Source: Anthoceros angustus
Taxonomy: Eukaryota; Plantae; Anthocerotophyta
Assembly: GCA_010909165.1 (NCBI GenBank)
Contig: MU008206.1
Span: forward strand, 1-64,000
Direction of reading: 5' to 3'
DNA: 64,000 nt
A model generated the notes under the pieces. That model made no database searches. It saw nothing but the letters and a program-made list of their open reading frames with translations, and was not told where the DNA came from. Of this stretch, positions 62,160 through 64,000 are shown one piece after another; within the stretch, counting starts at the first letter, position 1; each line of letters begins with the position of its first letter. The position numbers and the translations under genes are program-made.

Positions 62160-62949
62160 CGTGTCACCAAAGTCATCACCTTCAACATGCAAAACAGAAA
62201 AGATCGGAGCCTCTGTTGTCTGCGGTGGTAGTGTGTCGTTTTCATCCCATATCGTCAATGCCAGTTGATCTTCAACCGGTCATTCGGGTCTCGCTGGAGT
62301 CCTTCATTCGACCCTTCTTTCCAAGCAAGCTATACACTTGCATTTTCATGTCAATGCCTCCGTCTCGACAGATCTCCTTTGCCCAAAACTTGCTGTGGCC
62401 TCTGCGAAAACTTATCTCTGTTGTTATTTCTTGAACTCGTCCGCCGCTCCAACCCGCTTCACTCGCTAGACATATACATTGAGCATCGTGGCGCCTTTTT
62501 GTCAATGGCCACAACGCTCCTTTTCCGTTGAATCCGGCCACCAAAATGACCTCGATCCCGCAAAGGCCAATAATCCATTGCCTTCTTGGAGAACATGTTC
62601 ACCAACATGCCTAATAAGCCCAAAGGTTTCTGATATGGCGATACGACCATCTTATCACCAGTGTGGTAAACAAGCTTCTTCACCACAGTTCCATGTCGGA
62701 TAACTCTTGGGAGCACCCGTTTGATGTCTTTGCCGGCAAAAAGAGGAGCTTTTCCGACATTGGACTATGTCTTCACTGCGCTTCCCACTGTCAAATATTC
62801 CATCATAACAAAGACCACTGCTCGTGGGATGTTGGTTTTCTCCCATACCGTGGTTTGTATGACTCTTTCGCACCACGACCTCAAAGCCTCCACGGCTTGA
62901 ATCACCCCATCCACCCCATGCATCGAATTATCCGGAACACATCGGTGGT

Positions 62950-64000
62950 CTTCTCGTTGAAAGAGCGATGAGCTCTTTCAATTCTTCTTCAACGAAAGCC
63001 TTGTCATTCTCATGCCACCGTAAACCTCGAGGAGGTCGCAGAAAAGAAGAGTGTACCTCGGTGGCAAAATCCTTTCATATCCAAAATGTCTCGATGCACC
63101 ACCGAGCCACTTTGTCCAAGACCTGTGCACTGAAATCGAGTCGCATCCATGTCCTTGTCGCCATTTGTTTTCGCTCTTCTTCCATCCGCTTTTGCGCGCT
63201 TATAAACAAAATCTTGGAATGGTTTTGGCAGGCTTTCCAAATCCTCAATGTCTCCGGTTTACGCAAGCAAGGTAGGTGGTCGAAAAACGAATTGACGGTG
63301 AGTGCCTTTGGCCACCGCTGATTGTGGCAGGTGGCGGCTGTCACCCGACCCACCTGATATGTTGGATGGCGCAATGAGGGGTCGGCCGTGTCACCGCGAC
63401 TCCCTCATTGCGCCTACGGAAACAACAGGGGAGCGCGCCTGGCCACCGGCCAAGACTGCAAGTGCGCCCGGACCGCGCACTCTAACGAATACACTCACTT
63501 ACCACTTTCAAGTAAAAGTTGAAACTTCGCCACTTTTGGCCTCGGTATGTTTAGGAAACCACACTTCAACGACTTAGGTGGCACACTTCATAGCCTTCGA
63601 AAGGCATGCTCGATAAGGTTAATCTTCTTCCGCCAACATCGCATGTTGAGAGAGAAAATGCATCAAGCACCGCGTGAAATGTTATGGAGATCCGCAAAGT
63701 ATATCGGGATATCCATCGACGGATGGACCAACAGAAGACGCCCACATTTCACGCGCTACCCAAGGACCGCCGATGTAGGTTTTGATCGACGCCCATGTTG
63801 TGGGGTGCATGATTTATAACTACACCATGTCGGCGGAACTATTCATGGCATACGGAACATCCTAACGATGCAAACCTCGACTATAGCCAATATCCAAAGA
63901 TGTCATTTCAAATTACGAGGGACTACTACCAAAGGTTCTCTATCTTCAACTCGACACCGACGGGAGAATAAGAATGCACGCTATTCGCTTCGAATATGTT
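62950..64000 (+). mobile_element. Degenerate DDE transposase, Sola/DUF7869-like, running off the window end
   Basis: KYIGISIDG/MDQQKT..PHFTRYP (~63700-63765) and LPKVLYLQLD..ENKN (~63925-63975). Heavily frameshifted. Confidence 0.6.

Overview
This is eukaryotic nuclear DNA from a land plant, not prokaryotic DNA. Short introns (about 60-110 nt, one longer), high gene density and roughly balanced GC suggest a compact non-seed-plant genome such as a hornwort; that is inference only. Host genes recognised by protein similarity: COR413 inner-membrane-like, mitoribosomal mL87-like, NDUFB10, STN7, a spinster-like MFS transporter, a double-domain GT8, mTERF12-like, an ESMD1-like O-fucosyltransferase and 2-oxoglutarate dehydrogenase E1. 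The rest is mostly decayed mobile DNA: a matR-like group II intron maturase relic, two CRE-like (restriction-like endonuclease) non-LTR retroelements, RTE/RTEX-like LINE pieces, a Copia relic, Ty3/Gypsy relics, a 6.3-kb CACTA-like element with intact TIRs and TSD, and a Sola/DUF7869-like transposase relic. The best candidates for something unusual are (i) a C5-cytosine methyltransferase fragment lying directly upstream of a Gypsy RT start (~37.8-38.3 kb), (ii) the nuclear matR-like relic, (iii) possibly overlapping head-to-head mL87/NDUFB10 genes with antiparallel 5' UTR introns, and (iv) a decayed extra ORF between a tRNA-Met PBS and Copia gag. Several stretches are rich in small deletions and three tandem duplications may be long-read assembly artefacts, so frameshifts there should be treated with caution. 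All family assignments come from remembered motifs; no database searches were run.
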